Source: Paecilomyces variotii (Eukaryota). Taken from it: DNA of 64,000 nucleotides. The notes under the pieces are model-generated. The model did no database searches. It saw only the letters and a list, made by a program, of their open reading frames with translations, and was not told the origin of the DNA. The DNA lies in the NCBI GenBank assembly GCA_004022145.1, contig RCNU01000004.1; one strand, 5' to 3'. Of this stretch, positions 48,631-62,409 are shown piece after piece. Each line of letters opens with the position of its first letter. Position 1 is the first letter of the stretch. The translations under genes and the position numbers were made by a program.

Positions 48631-51600
48631 ATGGGTCGCTCTCGAGGTAAGTAGATCGATGCTTGAGATCGGATCGGATCGTGCAAATGTTTATCGCGGA
48701 TTGCTGACCCCCTTGCGTCGCATCAGTTTTCTCTTTCATATCGACCTTCGGGCCTGGCCGACATCATCTCCATGGCCGTGACAATCAAGACCAGAGTCCC
48801 GCGGCTTCGACAGCTGCCATTCTATCGAAACCACAGGTAGAGCCCAAAGTCGACAACCCGTCCCCAGATCAGTATGCGTCAGCGACTACGCGGGAAGTGT
48901 CCACGGCTTCGGCCGCGACGACGATGAGACCAGAGCGCTTCACTCTACGTCCTGCGTCGATGGCCTTTTCCCTGCATCCCCCATTGATGGATGTCACGGA
49001 AGACACGTTACCCGAATTGTTTCCTATCTTTACCTTTCTGAATAGTCATTCGAATAAGCTGTACCAGGAAGGGTACTTTTTGAAGCTGAATGACTTGGAT
49101 TCGCGTATGTAGATCACTGTGGGCGGAGAATGTGGAAGTGAATCTGTCTGACGTGAAATTGTAGATGGACGGCCGTGCCCCGATCGACAATGGGTCGAAT
49201 ACTTTGCACAGCTGATCGGAACGGTCCTCTCCTTGTGGGATGCGTCTGCGCTGGACGCAGCCGGTCACGATGGAGAAGTTGCGCCGACGTTCATTAACCT
49301 AGCAGACGCCTCGATCAAGATGGTAAGATTATCCTCTACTTTTTGTGTGCTCTGGAGACAGTTGCGTTAATCAGATTTCGCACATGTGTAGATCGATCAG
49401 CTGCCCACGCGAAACCCAGGAATTCAGCCGTTGCAGAACGTGCTCAGCGTATCGACCGCGGGCAAGAACCGATATCTACTGCACTTCAACTCCTTCCATT
49501 CCATGACGCAGTGGACGGCTGGTATCCGTCTGGCGATGTTTGAACATGCTTCTCTGCAGGAGGCCTACACCGGCTCGATTATTGCGGGCAAGGGCAAGAT
49601 GCTCAACAACATTCGATCCATCATGGAGCGCACTCGATTCAAGCAAGAAGACTGGGTTAGAGTGAGATTCGGCGCGGGAACGCCCTGGAGACGCTGCTGG
49701 TGTGTCATCAACCCGCCCGACGAGAAGCAGTACCAGAAGCTGCAGAAGACGATGAAGAAAAAATCGGCCTATGACAGGCCTCCTCCCATGCCCACTGGAA
49801 ACATCGAGTTCTATGAAACCAAGAAGACGAAGAAGACGAAGCCCATTGCTACAATCACGGGTGCATTCGCAGCCTACGCCATCTACCCCCAGTCGAAGCC
49901 GTTAATCGACCAATCCACTTTGGTCAAGGTCGAAGGGCAGATCGTCATTCATTCACAACCGGAGTCGACGACGGAGGGCTTCGTATTTATCATGCCAGAG
50001 GTGCACCCGGCCGTGTCTGGCTTCGAAATGATGCTGCGATTCCTCTTCCCCATTTTCGACACCTTCTCTCTCTACGGTCGGCCGACGCGTCTTCTGGCGG
50101 ATACAAACAACGCAAAGAGCATCATGTTTGCCTTCCCAAAGCACAAGCGATATGGCTATCTAGATATTCTGGATGTTGCCAGTTTGATCCAGCAGGAGGG
50201 TAGCCGGAACTGGAGCGAAGGAGAATGGAGGAAGCAACTGAAAGACGCCACTGCTCGCCGGATGGCCACTCAGGGAAGCCGGACTGATAGTATCAGAACG
50301 CGCCGTCAGAGGGCGAGTCTACCCTCGCGGAATAGTACATTGCGGTATCGCGACTCGAAGCGGTCTGTGACTACCCCTGCAGTACATCTCGAGTTCAATC
50401 AATCTGCAGATGCCGTGTACGAGGCTTCGCCAAAGGCCGAAACGGTTTATTCAACACCCACCCACACACGTGCCGCTTCAGATACCACTGGATTTGCTAT
50501 GGGTCGTCAACGCGAATCGTACATGCCTACTCCTTTGGAGAAACCTCACCCGGAGTCTTTGGAGAGCGAAGAACGGCCTAGCACAAAGGAATCCAGCGAA
50601 CACACTAGTTCCGACAGTGAGACGAAGGAGTTGCAGGCCACCCATGCGGAAACTGTGGTACAGCATCTTCGACCAAGCTCACCTCCGTCCCCGGTGGTCA
50701 GCCCGCCGGCCTTTGCACACAGCCCTGGAGAGGTTCCTCAGACTAGACCATTACCTTCACCGGATCTCAGGAAGGCCAAAGTCCGGATGTCGGACGCCAC
50801 CCTTTCGCAACTTGTTGAGGCAGGAAACTTGAGAGGATTGGCCAGCGCCACGGAACGCAAGGATCCCGGAGCCGGAGGGATAGACCAGCGAGAAGTAATA
50901 CATGATGATACCAGCATGTTTCGTGCCACTGCTAACGCGAACGTCTTCCCCCAAAGGACTCCAGGGAATAAGACTGCGACCCCGGATGAGCGCCCCCCGT
51001 CCGTGCCCGTTCATGGTTCCTATGATCTCAACGCCAGAGTTCAGGATGTTGCACACTCCTCCCCTCAGCGCTATTCGCATCTCCCCCAGATCGATACTAC
51101 CAAAGCTATCACACGGAAACCTGTGCCCCAGCGACGACCGGAGCCGCCAGCTGATAGCCCCAGCGAGGCCAGTCTAGGAAGTTTCCGGCACGCTTTTGAT
51201 GAGGAGGCTCTTAATCGTATCGTTGCCCGCCAGACATCATTCTCTACAGATCGAGACTGTCGGCCAGATGAGGAGAGTGTCTATGATGACGACGACGCCT
51301 CGACTGTTTCTCCTGATTATGCAAGCACTCGCAAGTCCATAGACAGCAAAAATTCTCAGCAGTCAATCCCGAGACCAAGGATGGGCGTGTTGAAGACCGT
51401 CGGGGTTGATCCTGAACCGGAAGAACTAGTTATCGGTGATGCTAAGTACAGGCGTGACGCTCCACCAACGCCGAAAGCAGAGATCCCAGCGGTCGATTTC
51501 GGACCGACATTGTCCTACGTTCCGACCACCAAGAGCCCTCGTGCACCGGATGCTTTAGGCGAATTTGGACATCATCGAAAAGGTTCTGATGCTACTGTCG

Positions 51601-52445
51601 GTCGCAATGAGATTCTGGCCGGAGTCAGGGAGAGCCCAGGAATGGCGAGGCAGGACCGTCCTCATTCCAGATCTCCTAGCGGAGATGAGCTTCGTCGCAA
51701 CGTCTATTGGCAGCCAGGCATGGCTTCTGCTCGCCCTTCCACCCCCGGTCAAACTTTGACACCGGAGCAATTCGTTCAACAGCGGGCCGTCATAAACAGG
51801 AAGCCATCCCCGGCCTACGCCCATCAGCGCAGCTCTTCAATGACACCACCACCCAGACCATCCTCGGCTGATTGGAATGCTCATACGCGTCGTCCTTCAT
51901 ACATTAAAGAGTTGCCAGTTCGCCCTCAGTCTCGCGGTGCCGGTAGCACGCTTGGTTACAATGATATCACTTCACATCTGTCTGCCAGAGAACAGGAACA
52001 TATTGCTCGAATTACTGGATCGTCGTTCTTTAACATCTCATCGAATAACAGTAGGCAGCAAGCTCCCATGAATCCGGCTACTCTTGTGGGTGCAATCGAT
52101 GTCCGCGAGCGAGAAAGGCAGAGTATGAGGGAGGGAATGAGCAATCAGATGGTTGAATATGCTATCGCTCAACGTCAGCAACAAGAACAGGCACAAATGT
52201 ACGCTATGCAGCAGCAGCATGCTCGTGGCCATAGCATGTACAATCTTCCGACGGCAAACCGCACGTGGGATGCTCTCACTCAGATAGACCAAACGTATTC
52301 GATGAACGGGCGTGGTCGACAATCTTGGGCGGGGCAGTTTCAGCCTCAGCAGTCAACGCCTCCTATGTCTCAACCGAATCAGTATTTCCAACAATATCCT
52401 GGCACCTATAGCGATGCTGGGGTGCAATTCTCGCATAATCGCTGA
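48631..52445 (+). CDS. PH-domain protein, Skg3/Caf120 family
   Basis: MGRSR| first exon; PELFPIFTFLNSHSNKLYQEGYFLKLNDLD, LSLWDA, VLSVSTAGKNRYLLHF, EDWVRVRFGAGTPWRRCW, HLSAREQEHIAR. Confidence 0.88.
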
Positions 52446-53573
52446 GTGTCTCCCAAGGATGGACCTCAGGATTTGAGACTGCACTGAGATCCATGATGAC
52501 CAAGCATTTACTTTCTACTTACGTGCTTATTTATCCCCCTTGCATTTTAACGGCGTCTAGTGTTCGTGCAGATAGAATGCGCCGCCTATTTCTTGCAGCA
52601 AGAGTCCCAGTCATAACATACCTCTGAGTGTTTCCTTTTTCTGTGTTTTCTCTTATTTGGGTTTCAATTGATTTCTCTTATTCCAGTTGTGCCAGATATT
52701 TCCTAGATCTGTGCCCCGCTACAAGCTTTATGCCTGCACGAATCCCACAAGAGTAAGTCGGCAATTAGTCGCATCTTCTGCATCCTCATCATCGAACGGA
52801 GTTGGCACATAGATCAGGCGTCTTGTTCTTGTTCCATGTCTCTGTTGGTATCCATTCCTTGTCCTTTCCTTTTAAGTTGTCATATTGCCTCGCTATGAGA
52901 CCAGTCGCGATAAGAGCAAGTTGTGGTTTTCCTCCTCATCATCAAAGATTTTGTTCTTGCTATTTTGCTTCTCCCTATGCAGCAGAATGGAGTTAGACAT
53001 CTACTGTAGTGTACTCTTGTTACATAGTGGCCAGATGTTTTGAATACCGATACTTTTTCTCTCCTGAGCACTATTTCGTAGTTACTTGTTACCTAGTAGG
53101 AAATCTCGAGTCTTAATGCTTTTACCATGCGTAAGTATCAAGGAGGGTTAATCCGCTTTCTTTTTCTTTTTTTCCCTCTCCCAAAATTGTCCCAGATTGA
53201 ATGCCGCTAGAGATAACTAAAAGCACGCATCGAAGCACAGAAAACAAGGCTAAGGCAGACAGAATACACGAGCCTAACAGTGGCAGGGGGGATAAAGCAA
53301 TGAGAAACACAAACAAGAACAAATCCGTTGAATAAAAAGAAAAGTAAGAACGCCTTCCTTTTGCTATTGGATGAAACTTCCAAAGAAGAGGCTCTTTGCT
53401 TCGCTATATAGCTAAGCTGCAAAGAAACTTTCCCACCACTATGGAGATAAAAGAACAAGAGAATCATCTCTTTATTCCTTGCTTGTCCCTGAGTCCTGGG
53501 TTTGTTCCATCTCTATATCATCTTTTGTTTTTTTAATCTTTTATATATCTTGCTGAGTATTTGAGGGTTGGCT

Positions 53574-55046
53574 TTAATTGGAATGAAGCTTCTTCACTCT
53601 CAACGCGCCCTCGTACAAGCCACGGTCGATGGCGGCTGCTACGGTCAATGTACCTCCCACAACGGCACAAACGCCGGTGAGGAAACCAGTGAAGGTCTTG
53701 GGACGTGTCTCCCGGTTGATGACTTTCATGGGAGAGATGTCGTACTGGAAGAAGACGCCGGGTAGACCACCTTGCGCGTGGACACGTTCCTTGTGGCCTT
53801 CTGCGGCGTCGTTGCCGCCCATAAGAGATCGTTTGTGAGATGTGACGGAGTACTGGTGCGTTTCGATGCTGCCTTGAGCGCCGTATCCGAAGCCGTGCTG
53901 GCCGAGTGGTGCCTTGTCCAATGCGGTATGGATTGCGCTGGAGAAGGTAGGATCCCAGCCCAAGGGGAGGTAGGAAGTTGATACGACCTTGATGAAATAC
54001 ATGAAGTTGTAGGCTGGGTCTTGAATCTCTTGTTTCGTGCCATCAAGAGGGTTGGTATGGTGGTGGTCGGTCCACTGCCAGCGGTCTGCGAGCTCATCGG
54101 GGAGCTGTGGACCGAAACGCAGCTGATGGATCTCGTGGGTCATTGTGTGTCTCTCTGCCTCTGGGAGATTCGGATCAAAGTAGTTATCTAGGTCGTGAAC
54201 GTGCATGTTACCGTTCGTGAAGCTGCGGCCGGGGGCGATGTGGAAGTTCCCGACGACCTTGTTCACTTGGATAACACCCTCCAGACGACAACCTTCCTTC
54301 CGCTGTGCCTCGAGTCTAGCTGTGTAACCTTCTCTTTTGCATTGTTCGACATTCCTGCCGTCTCCGAAACTCCATTGTTTCAACGCGTATGCTTCTCGGA
54401 CCTCCTCACAGGTGGTACAGCAGCCGGGTTTGATAGTGTTCGGGGGTGCGGGAGCTCCAGCGCACTCGCCGCAATATTCAGGATCGAGATGCGCTGCACT
54501 GTCTTCCTTCGCGTGGCTGCATTGGGGGAAGATGTCAGCATTGATCTAGAGTGACCGTGAAAGTGTCAATTGTGGGAGGGCTTGCTGCTCACAGTTCAAG
54601 TGCCTGGATATCAATGACACCACCACCCTCCGCAGGCGATCTCAGTCGCACCTTGTTAATTCCGTGGACGACACCCACTTGCTGTTCTCCTGAGACATCC
54701 ATCACATCGAGTGTCAATAGCTCACATGGAAGCCGCGGGAACGTCATGTTTAGATGGATCTCCATCCTCTCTCCTGCATAGTACCAACATAATATTTAGC
54801 TTGCGCCTTCTTGACAACTCGCATACGGAATGAATATCTGTCTCGTTCTATACCTCTTGACTTATCCACGATCAGCTCCGGCTCAACAACGATCCGTCTA
54901 TAATCCGCCCATTCTCCCCAGACCAGCCATAGGATGACGATTAACGAAACTATCGTGACAATGCCGCCCGATGCGGTGCGGATGCGCGCATCCTCCACTG
55001 TCTTCGCGAAGGCATCTAGCCTTGTAAACCGTGATTTGGCAGGCAT
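53574..55046 (-). CDS. ERV46: ER-Golgi intermediate compartment / COPII vesicle protein
   Basis: MPAKSRFTRLDAFAKTVEDARIRT, EGCRLEG, VNKVVGNFHIAPG, GGLPGVFFQYDISPMKV, CAVVGGTLTVA. Confidence 0.95.
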
Positions 55047-55791
55047 ATTATCTTTTATACTCGAGGCACCATGGACGCGAAGAGAGCGATGGTCAGAGGT
55101 AATTACGCGATGCAGTTCAATGGATAACCACTTAGCGCCTGCGTCGAGGGCTCTGGGAGAAGTAGTTAGCTGCAACAGACCATCCGATCCACCCAAGGCT
55201 GAGAATGCTCCAGAGAATGGGCAATTGAGTCGTGCGAACGAAGAGAAGAGAGAAATCAAGACTGGTGATGCGGCCACCTTCGCTATCAGCAAAGAGCACG
55301 CCTGAACCCTTCCGGCAAGCTGTCCAATACTCCGCGTACTACTTGACTCCTTGTATGAAATGCCCGGTATCGCTGTGACAATACCTGAGGCCAGACAACG
55401 CTTGGTGATTGGATCGCGGGGCACATCGAGAGCTAAGCCTCTTTGGGTGTATCATGTGACATGCATGCGATCTGCTGCCTTGCTTAGTCATCTCCGTCAT
55501 CGCCTCAACAGGAAACTCTTGCTTCACGTCAAGCCTATTCTTTGATCTTCATACCCTCATTCAACTCACCCAAGAACACTTGACGCTGGGTGCGTTTTAC
55601 CCAGCCACCTACATTTGTAACATCTCTTTATTCTTAATACTGAGCTCTTCTACCTTTCGAGTCCTCAGCCCTTCTGTATGCGCAAGCCATAAAACGGAAC
55701 GGCAATAGTTGAGGCGCTGAGCGCTCCGTCTGCCTCGACATCCTATTTTTGCAAATCGCCTACCGTTCTCTATTTCCTTGCCGCTGGAGGG

Positions 55792-58089
55792 ATGTTGAAG
55801 ATGTCCGCTGCGACCATGAACAGCACGAGAAACAGAGGCCCTCGCGGCAGATCTAACGCCCCGGATCGCGGAGGCATTCGCAAACGAGGCGCTACGCGTA
55901 TGGACCGTGACGGTGATCTGGATATGGATGGGCCAACCGGTCGTGGCCGTGGTGGAAAGAGGTCGCGCGGTGACTCTGGACGAGGCACACCAGCTGGTGG
56001 CCAGACGCAGGGCCGCGATCAGAGAAGAGCCGGCCCCGATCGTGAGAGAACTTTAAACGCCATCCAGAAAGCGCTCACTGGCAAAGTCGACTCTCAAGCC
56101 AACATTAGACAAGCCAGGGGAGGATTGGAACAAGTCAGTGTCACTGGATGGAAGCAGAGCAAGGCGGCATCCAACCCCGACGGTGGCCTTGAGAGTCTGG
56201 TCGCATTTCTTGAAAAGAAAATCACCCCGCAAGACTCGAAGGCCCCGAACAGTGCCCGCGCAAAGATAACAAAGGTATGTGTGAATCGACATCTGATGGT
56301 TACCGACATGGATTCGCAGCGTCCTCTCCGGTGTGTTCTCGTTTCATGACGGTGTTCCACGACGACGACCGAGACTACTCCCTAGGCCTTATCGCATCTT
56401 CGTTTTGGGTGGCTGCAACACCTCCAAGGTCTCTTTAGCCTTGCTAACATTCATTAGTCGCGCGTTGAAGGCGACTCCCTCATAGTATCTATTCGCCCAG
56501 AACTTCTAGACAGGATGCTTCAGATCAATGGCTTCACTTTTGCAGGCGCCCCTCTTACCATCCAGCGCTACGGCGGCGCGGCAGGAGCAGGTGAGCCGAC
56601 AACGGCTGACACCAAAGCCAAAATGACTGCATTCCTCGGCAAGCGCTACTACCAGCAGACAAAGTTGCTTGATCTTTCCAATCTTGCCAGCGACCCGGAT
56701 CTGCTGGAGATGGGCATGTTCAACAGCATGTCTACCCAATCGAAATTCTTCCCTGCTTTGATGAAGGTGTGGGAAATGGGCTTTGACAACGCGAAGGCTA
56801 GACGCGAAGCTGTTGAAAGTGTCAGTCTCGCGAACAACCAACTATCTAACATCTCCGTTGTTACTACCCTATCGCAAACGTTCCCCGACCTCAAAAACCT
56901 CGACCTATCCAACAACGCTTTCAAGGACGCGCAGGCTTTGATCAACTGGAGATGGAAGTTCCGGCATCTCGAGTTCCTCGACCTTAGCGGCTCACCATTC
57001 AGCGCCGATCCTAAATTTAAGGATACGATGCTCAGATGGTATCCGAGATTGAGGATGTTGAACAACATAGAAGTTCGGACAGCGGAGGAACTTGCCGCTC
57101 AGAAGAAGACGCCTATTCCAGTCCAGGCTCCATATCTCCAGGATGACTCTCAGATCGCGGAGAACTTTGTCAAAGCTTTCTTTGTCGGATTCGACAACGA
57201 CAGGAATGATCTGGTGAATGGTATCTACGACAACAGTTCCACATTCTCTCTCAGTGTCAATACAGCCGCCCCGCGAGCCTTACAGTCGGATGCGACTGCC
57301 AGCTGGGACCAGTGGATCAAGAAAAGCAGGAATTTACTCAAGATCAGCCATCTTCCCGCTCGTATGTCTCGTACTTACACCGGGGCTGAGAAGATCCGCG
57401 AGGTGTGGAATACCCTGCCGAAAACGAAGCACCCTGACATGATGGCTCACCCAGAGGACTGGCTCATTGAATGTCACCCGGTCCCCGGTCTCCCCGATCC
57501 AACTGGACAGAGTGAGACTGGCGTCGGTGGTCTTTTGATCATGGTGCACGGCAAATTTGATGAGATCAACACGTCCAACCCGTCCAAAGTCGAGACTCGG
57601 AGCTTTGACCGTACTTTCGTGCTTGGCCCCGGTGGTGGAGTTGGGGGCTTGAGAGTGGTCAATGACATGCTCTGTTTGAGGGCGTATGGTGGCAACGAAG
57701 CTTGGGGACCAGACGGCCAGTCGGCCACTGTCAATCCTCAGATAGCTCAGCCACAGGCAGCACCGGCAGTCCCGGCAGTCCCGGCAGTCCCTCAGCCCGT
57801 TCATCCACAGGCTCCTGAAGGTTATGGTATGCCGGCACCAGGCAAAGCAGAAGTCCAAGTTCAACAAGAGCAGATGGTTCTGGAGATAAGCTTGAAGACC
57901 AAGATGACTCTGCAGTATTCAGAGATGGCGCTTTCAGGCAACTCTTGGAACATGGAGGCCGCGTTGAAGAATTTCGAAGAACTGAAGGTGAGCTCACTTC
58001 GCACACGACGTCGACAATCTGTTCTCTTACTAACTTGGGTGTAGACACAGGGCAAGTTGCCTCCTGACGCCTTCCTCCCTGGTGCTTGA
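55792..58089 (+). CDS. MEX67: mRNA export factor (RRM-LRR-NTF2-like-UBA)
   Basis: RG-rich N-terminus, LRR (SVSLANNQL, LKNLDLSNN), NTF2-like (VHGKFDE...RSFDRTFVL), TAP-C (KTKMTLQYSEMALSGNSWN...|GKLPPDAF). Confidence 0.94.
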
Positions 58090-58833
58090 TCAGTTCCTCT
58101 ACTACACGAGTGCACATCGAGATGATTTCTCTTCAGTTTCATAAAATTTTTATTTTCTCACGAAGTCGACTCTGCTGGAGACGTAAGCAGGTGATCGTTG
58201 TTATCTTTGTAAAATTATTACGCATATCACGGAATTATGTGCATGGCATGGCGAATCACAGGGTGTTAATTTTGTACTGGTGATTGAAATTTGGTTCCTA
58301 TTTTCTCATGCTCGAGCAAACGAGGGGAAATTTGAGATTCTACTGTGTTTATCGAGATTGATACCAAGTCGTGACCACTCGACTAAATCAAAACAATTGC
58401 ATTCTTTTCTAGTGTCGATCATTGTTCTTCAGAAATCATAACTTGATTACCACATATCTGAAGTCACTATACGTACAACCCTAACAAGGTGTCAATAAAC
58501 TATATATAGTCTATCGTGGAGTCCGACATATAAATAAAGGATGATGAGGGAATCCATCAAGATGAAACAATAATAATGAACGGCGTGCTGGATGCCAAGC
58601 TGCTTGGCACTAGACCACTTCGGGAGCTTCATCAACTCCCCGACTTGGTCGCTACGTTGGTCATTACGAAGCCACCATCGCAAGACATTGTCCTTGTTTG
58701 TAACGCCAGAACGGTGCTCTGGAGAACTGGAAAGCGATCGGAATAAAAGAAATCGGTGTTTCGACGCCCAGAGAGTCGCAGCATGCGCTTTATCCGTTGC
58801 TGAAGATCCGATCGAATGTTGTCCACGAACCAT

Positions 58834-61537
58834 ATGCCCGCCAACGGAGCTTCGAGTCCCGACCCTCTGGACGCAGGTGAGAAACAAGTTATCGTGAGAA
58901 TCGGCAGCGCTATTTGAGATCTAATACGTGTCTCAAGATGATTATGACCCCGTCGAACATCTTAACGCTATCTTCTCCCACCCCTCGACTCTCTCGTCGG
59001 TCTCGAAAACGTCTCAAGCGCTCCGTGCATACGAGAAGGAATTAGACAATGACATAGCCAGGCTGGTGGAGGAACAGGTCACCTCTAATGCGGAGAGTGT
59101 CGAGCGGATCCAGGCTGCGAAGGCAGACCTTTCGGAGCTATTCAAGAAGATCGACGATGTGCGCGAACGGGCATTGAAAACGGAGCAGGCGATCACGGAG
59201 ATGACGGCGGACATAAAACAGTTGGATAGCGCAAAGAAGAACCTGACTCTGTCAATGACGGCACTGAAGAGGCTGCAGATGCTGACGACGGCATATGAGC
59301 AGCTTCGCGCGCTCAGCAAGACTAGGCAGTATCGCGAATGTGCTCAATTGTTACAGGCGGTGATCCAGCTTATGGCACACTTCAAGTCGTACCGCTCTAT
59401 TGATCAAATTGCGACACTCAGCCGTAATGTTGCGGATATCCAAAGAGAGCTGCTCGAGCAGATCTGCGAGGACTTTGAGCTTGCCTTCGCGAAAGGAGAG
59501 GTGGCCCAGAAGAAGAACACTCTAGCCGAGGGTTGCTTGGTGATGGATGCTTTGGGAGAGAACGCCAGATCCAGGCTGGTTACGTGGTACTGCAATACGC
59601 AATTACGAGAATATCGCCAAGTATTTAGGGGTAACGAGGAGGCTGGCTCTCTGGATAACATATCCCGCAGATACTCGTGGTTCAAGCGCATGCTGAAGAC
59701 GTACGACGAAGAGCATGCTGCTATATTCCCATCTGCTTGGAGGGTGAATGAGATATTGGCCAACGTATTCTGTGAAAATACCAGAGATGATTTCAAGGGT
59801 ATCCTGTCGAGATCTGTGAGGAGTGGTCAGGCATTAGATGTCAATCTTCTGTTGTCTTGCCTGCAGGAAACCCTTGACTTCGAACACTCCCTCGACATGC
59901 GATTTACCAATGTATCACGCGCATCCATCGATACCTTCGCTGATAGTGAAGCTCCAGTATTCACCCAGGCGATCTCGGAAGCCTTTGAGCCATATCTAAG
60001 CGTCTGGGTCGAGGCGCAAGACAAGCAGCTGGCTACCTTGATGTCGAAGTACCGACAACAGCCGCCGAAGCCACCGGATGAAGATTTCAGCCCTCAACTT
60101 GTGGTAGCTTCATCGACTGAACTTTTCACGTTTTACCGCCACTGCTTGCAACAATGTGCAAAATTGTCAACGGCAGCTCCGCTTGCTGAACTGTCCAGGG
60201 TATTCGCAAAGTACCTGGATCAATATGCACAGAATGTTCTTCTGCCCTACATCAGTGAAAGGCCTACGGGGCAAACTCCGTCAAAGGTCCCCTCGTTGGA
60301 AGATTATATCCTAGTCCTTAACACGGCAGATTACTGCTATACGACTTGCAATCAGTTGGAAGACAAGATCAAGGGCAGAATTGACGAGAATCTTAAAGAG
60401 AGCGTGGACCTACAAAGCCAAGCGGATTCGTTCATGGGCTTGGCGAGCGCTGCTGTCCGCGGACTGGTTCGGAAGGTAGAGGTCGAATTGGAGCCTTGCT
60501 GGCGGGAAATGCGAAACACACCTTGGACTAGACTCGAAGGTGTAAGCGACCAAAGCTCATATGTAGGGGAGCTCATGACAAGAATAAAAACAAGAGCAGA
60601 GGAGATCCTACAGTTGCTGCACAAGCATCAGTATGCGAGAGCATTTGCTGATCACCTGGTGGAGCTAATATCTAATGCTTTCCTATCGAATATCTTCCAG
60701 TGTCGGCCTGTGTCTGAGACTGGCGCTGAGCAGGTAAGAAAGAACCAACCTCTAATGATCTGAAGTCTCTTAACACGTACTTAGATGCTCCTGGACTCCT
60801 ATACTTTGAAAACCGGTCTCTCCTCTTTGCTCCCCGCACCGGCTCCAGCAGGTTTCGTGAAGCGTGTCAACACCAGCTTCTCAAAGATCGAGACCCTTCT
60901 GAAGACAGTCCAAGTTCGACCATCACCCCCGGAGGCTCTCGTTCAAGCGTACCTTGTCCACATTGCGGACCGCAACGATGGCAATTTCCGTAAAATCCTC
61001 GATCTCAAGGGCATCCGCAGCCGACAAGAGCAGAACAGCCTTGTGGAGCTCTTCCAGGCCCATCGGTCTTCAGAGCGCTACGCCCCTCATCTCCAACAGA
61101 GCAATCCGATTCTAGCAGCTTTGCAGCCCAGCTACTCATCCACAACTACCTCCTCGACTTCAGTCTCTCAAGGTCTGGGCCTCAGCACTCTAGGAACTTC
61201 GGCCGCAGCATCGCTCGGTTCGTCGAATCTACCGACCCGGTTCGACCCCTCCGTCCTAGGTTCTGCCCTCATCTCCGCCGCGAAGGATGGTGTCGACCGA
61301 TTCGGAAACCAAAGTCTGGGTACCCTCGGCTCCGGCGCAGGCGGCGGTGGCTCTATGGGTGCATCGGGGACTTTATCTCCCTCGGCATCGTTCAGCGGTC
61401 TCAGCCCGGGCGGCGAAGGCAGTGCGGCAGCCAATCTCAATGAGAATTTGAAGAATATTGGGAAGTTCTTCCGGCGGGATCTGGGTGGGCTTGGTGGCAG
61501 GTTTGGAAGGGGAGGAGAGGATGGCGGTTCGAAGTAA
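58834..61537 (+). CDS. VPS53: GARP complex subunit Vps53
   Basis: MPANGASSPDPLDA|DDYDPVEHLN, MTADIKQLDSAKKNLTLSMTALKRLQMLTTA, AGSLDNISRRYSWF, GAEQ|MLLDSY. Confidence 0.94.
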
Positions 61538-62344
61538 ACCAAAAACACCTAATTACTTCGGCATCCATGTACGAATAATATACCAGCAGCACTCAGTGAA
61601 GTGAAACCGTTGCGATTACTTGTGACGTTTACTTGTCCCTTTCTTAAGATACCTGATTATATAGTGACCGCACGGGAAGTCATGAACGTATATATATATA
61701 CTTTTCATTGTTTTGAATCTAGGCCTTGTGATTCCACTACTAACTAACGCAATGTCCAACCGGTAATTCGTGCGCGACCACATGGAGTGATCAAGATTCT
61801 ACGTATGGGCAGGGAAGCAAGAGAAAGATCCCACGGACTACGCTGTTGCGAGGGACAAAGAATATCACTCTAATTGGATATGGACCTATCAATCAATGAC
61901 ACTGTTAGCATCCTGTATTGTATCCAGAACTGATGATGAATCCAATGATAAACAGTGTAGATTGTATATGAAGGGCGTCATCAAAAAATTAGAGTGTTGT
62001 TGTTGCATTTTTAATCTTCAGTGCCACCAGTATGGTGGTCTCGGGGTTAAAAATTTTTAATCATTCGCCAGCGGTGGGATGAGGGTGATATGTGAAGTGT
62101 CAAGTATCAAAAGAGATTTGAGATGCTCACCTTCTTAGTTGTATAAACGAGGCACAGAAACTGTGTCTACGTCTATGTTAATCGGCAAATGATGCCAGCA
62201 ATAACGAGTTCTGACGTTGGCAATTCGTTTTCCATTCTACCACGAGCAGCGTAATGGTCCATGACAGTATCTAGTACATCGCATTCGTAGCACGTGACAG
62301 AAAATGGCCCCTGCAAACCGTTTGGTCGAAGAAACCACCGAATC

Positions 62345-62407
62345 CTGGGACATCGGGTCAGCAATTGCTCGTCCTTATAATACAGCAACTTGAGTTTAGA
62401 TACTCAC
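62345..62407 (-). other. Intron in the 3' UTR of RPP0
   Basis: TAA-GG-GTGAGT donor 2 nt after the stop, GCTGAC branch point, CCAG acceptor; 63 nt. Confidence 0.75.
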
Positions 62408-62409
62408 CC

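Noticed and set aside
57763-57791. 9-bp tandem repeat CCGGCAGTC x3
   Set aside because: Encodes PAVPAVPAV in the low-complexity linker of Mex67; ordinary.
61930-61985. TGATGA box C-like motif between VPS53 and RPP0
   Set aside because: No suitably placed CTGA box D or terminal stem; a snoRNA is not supported.
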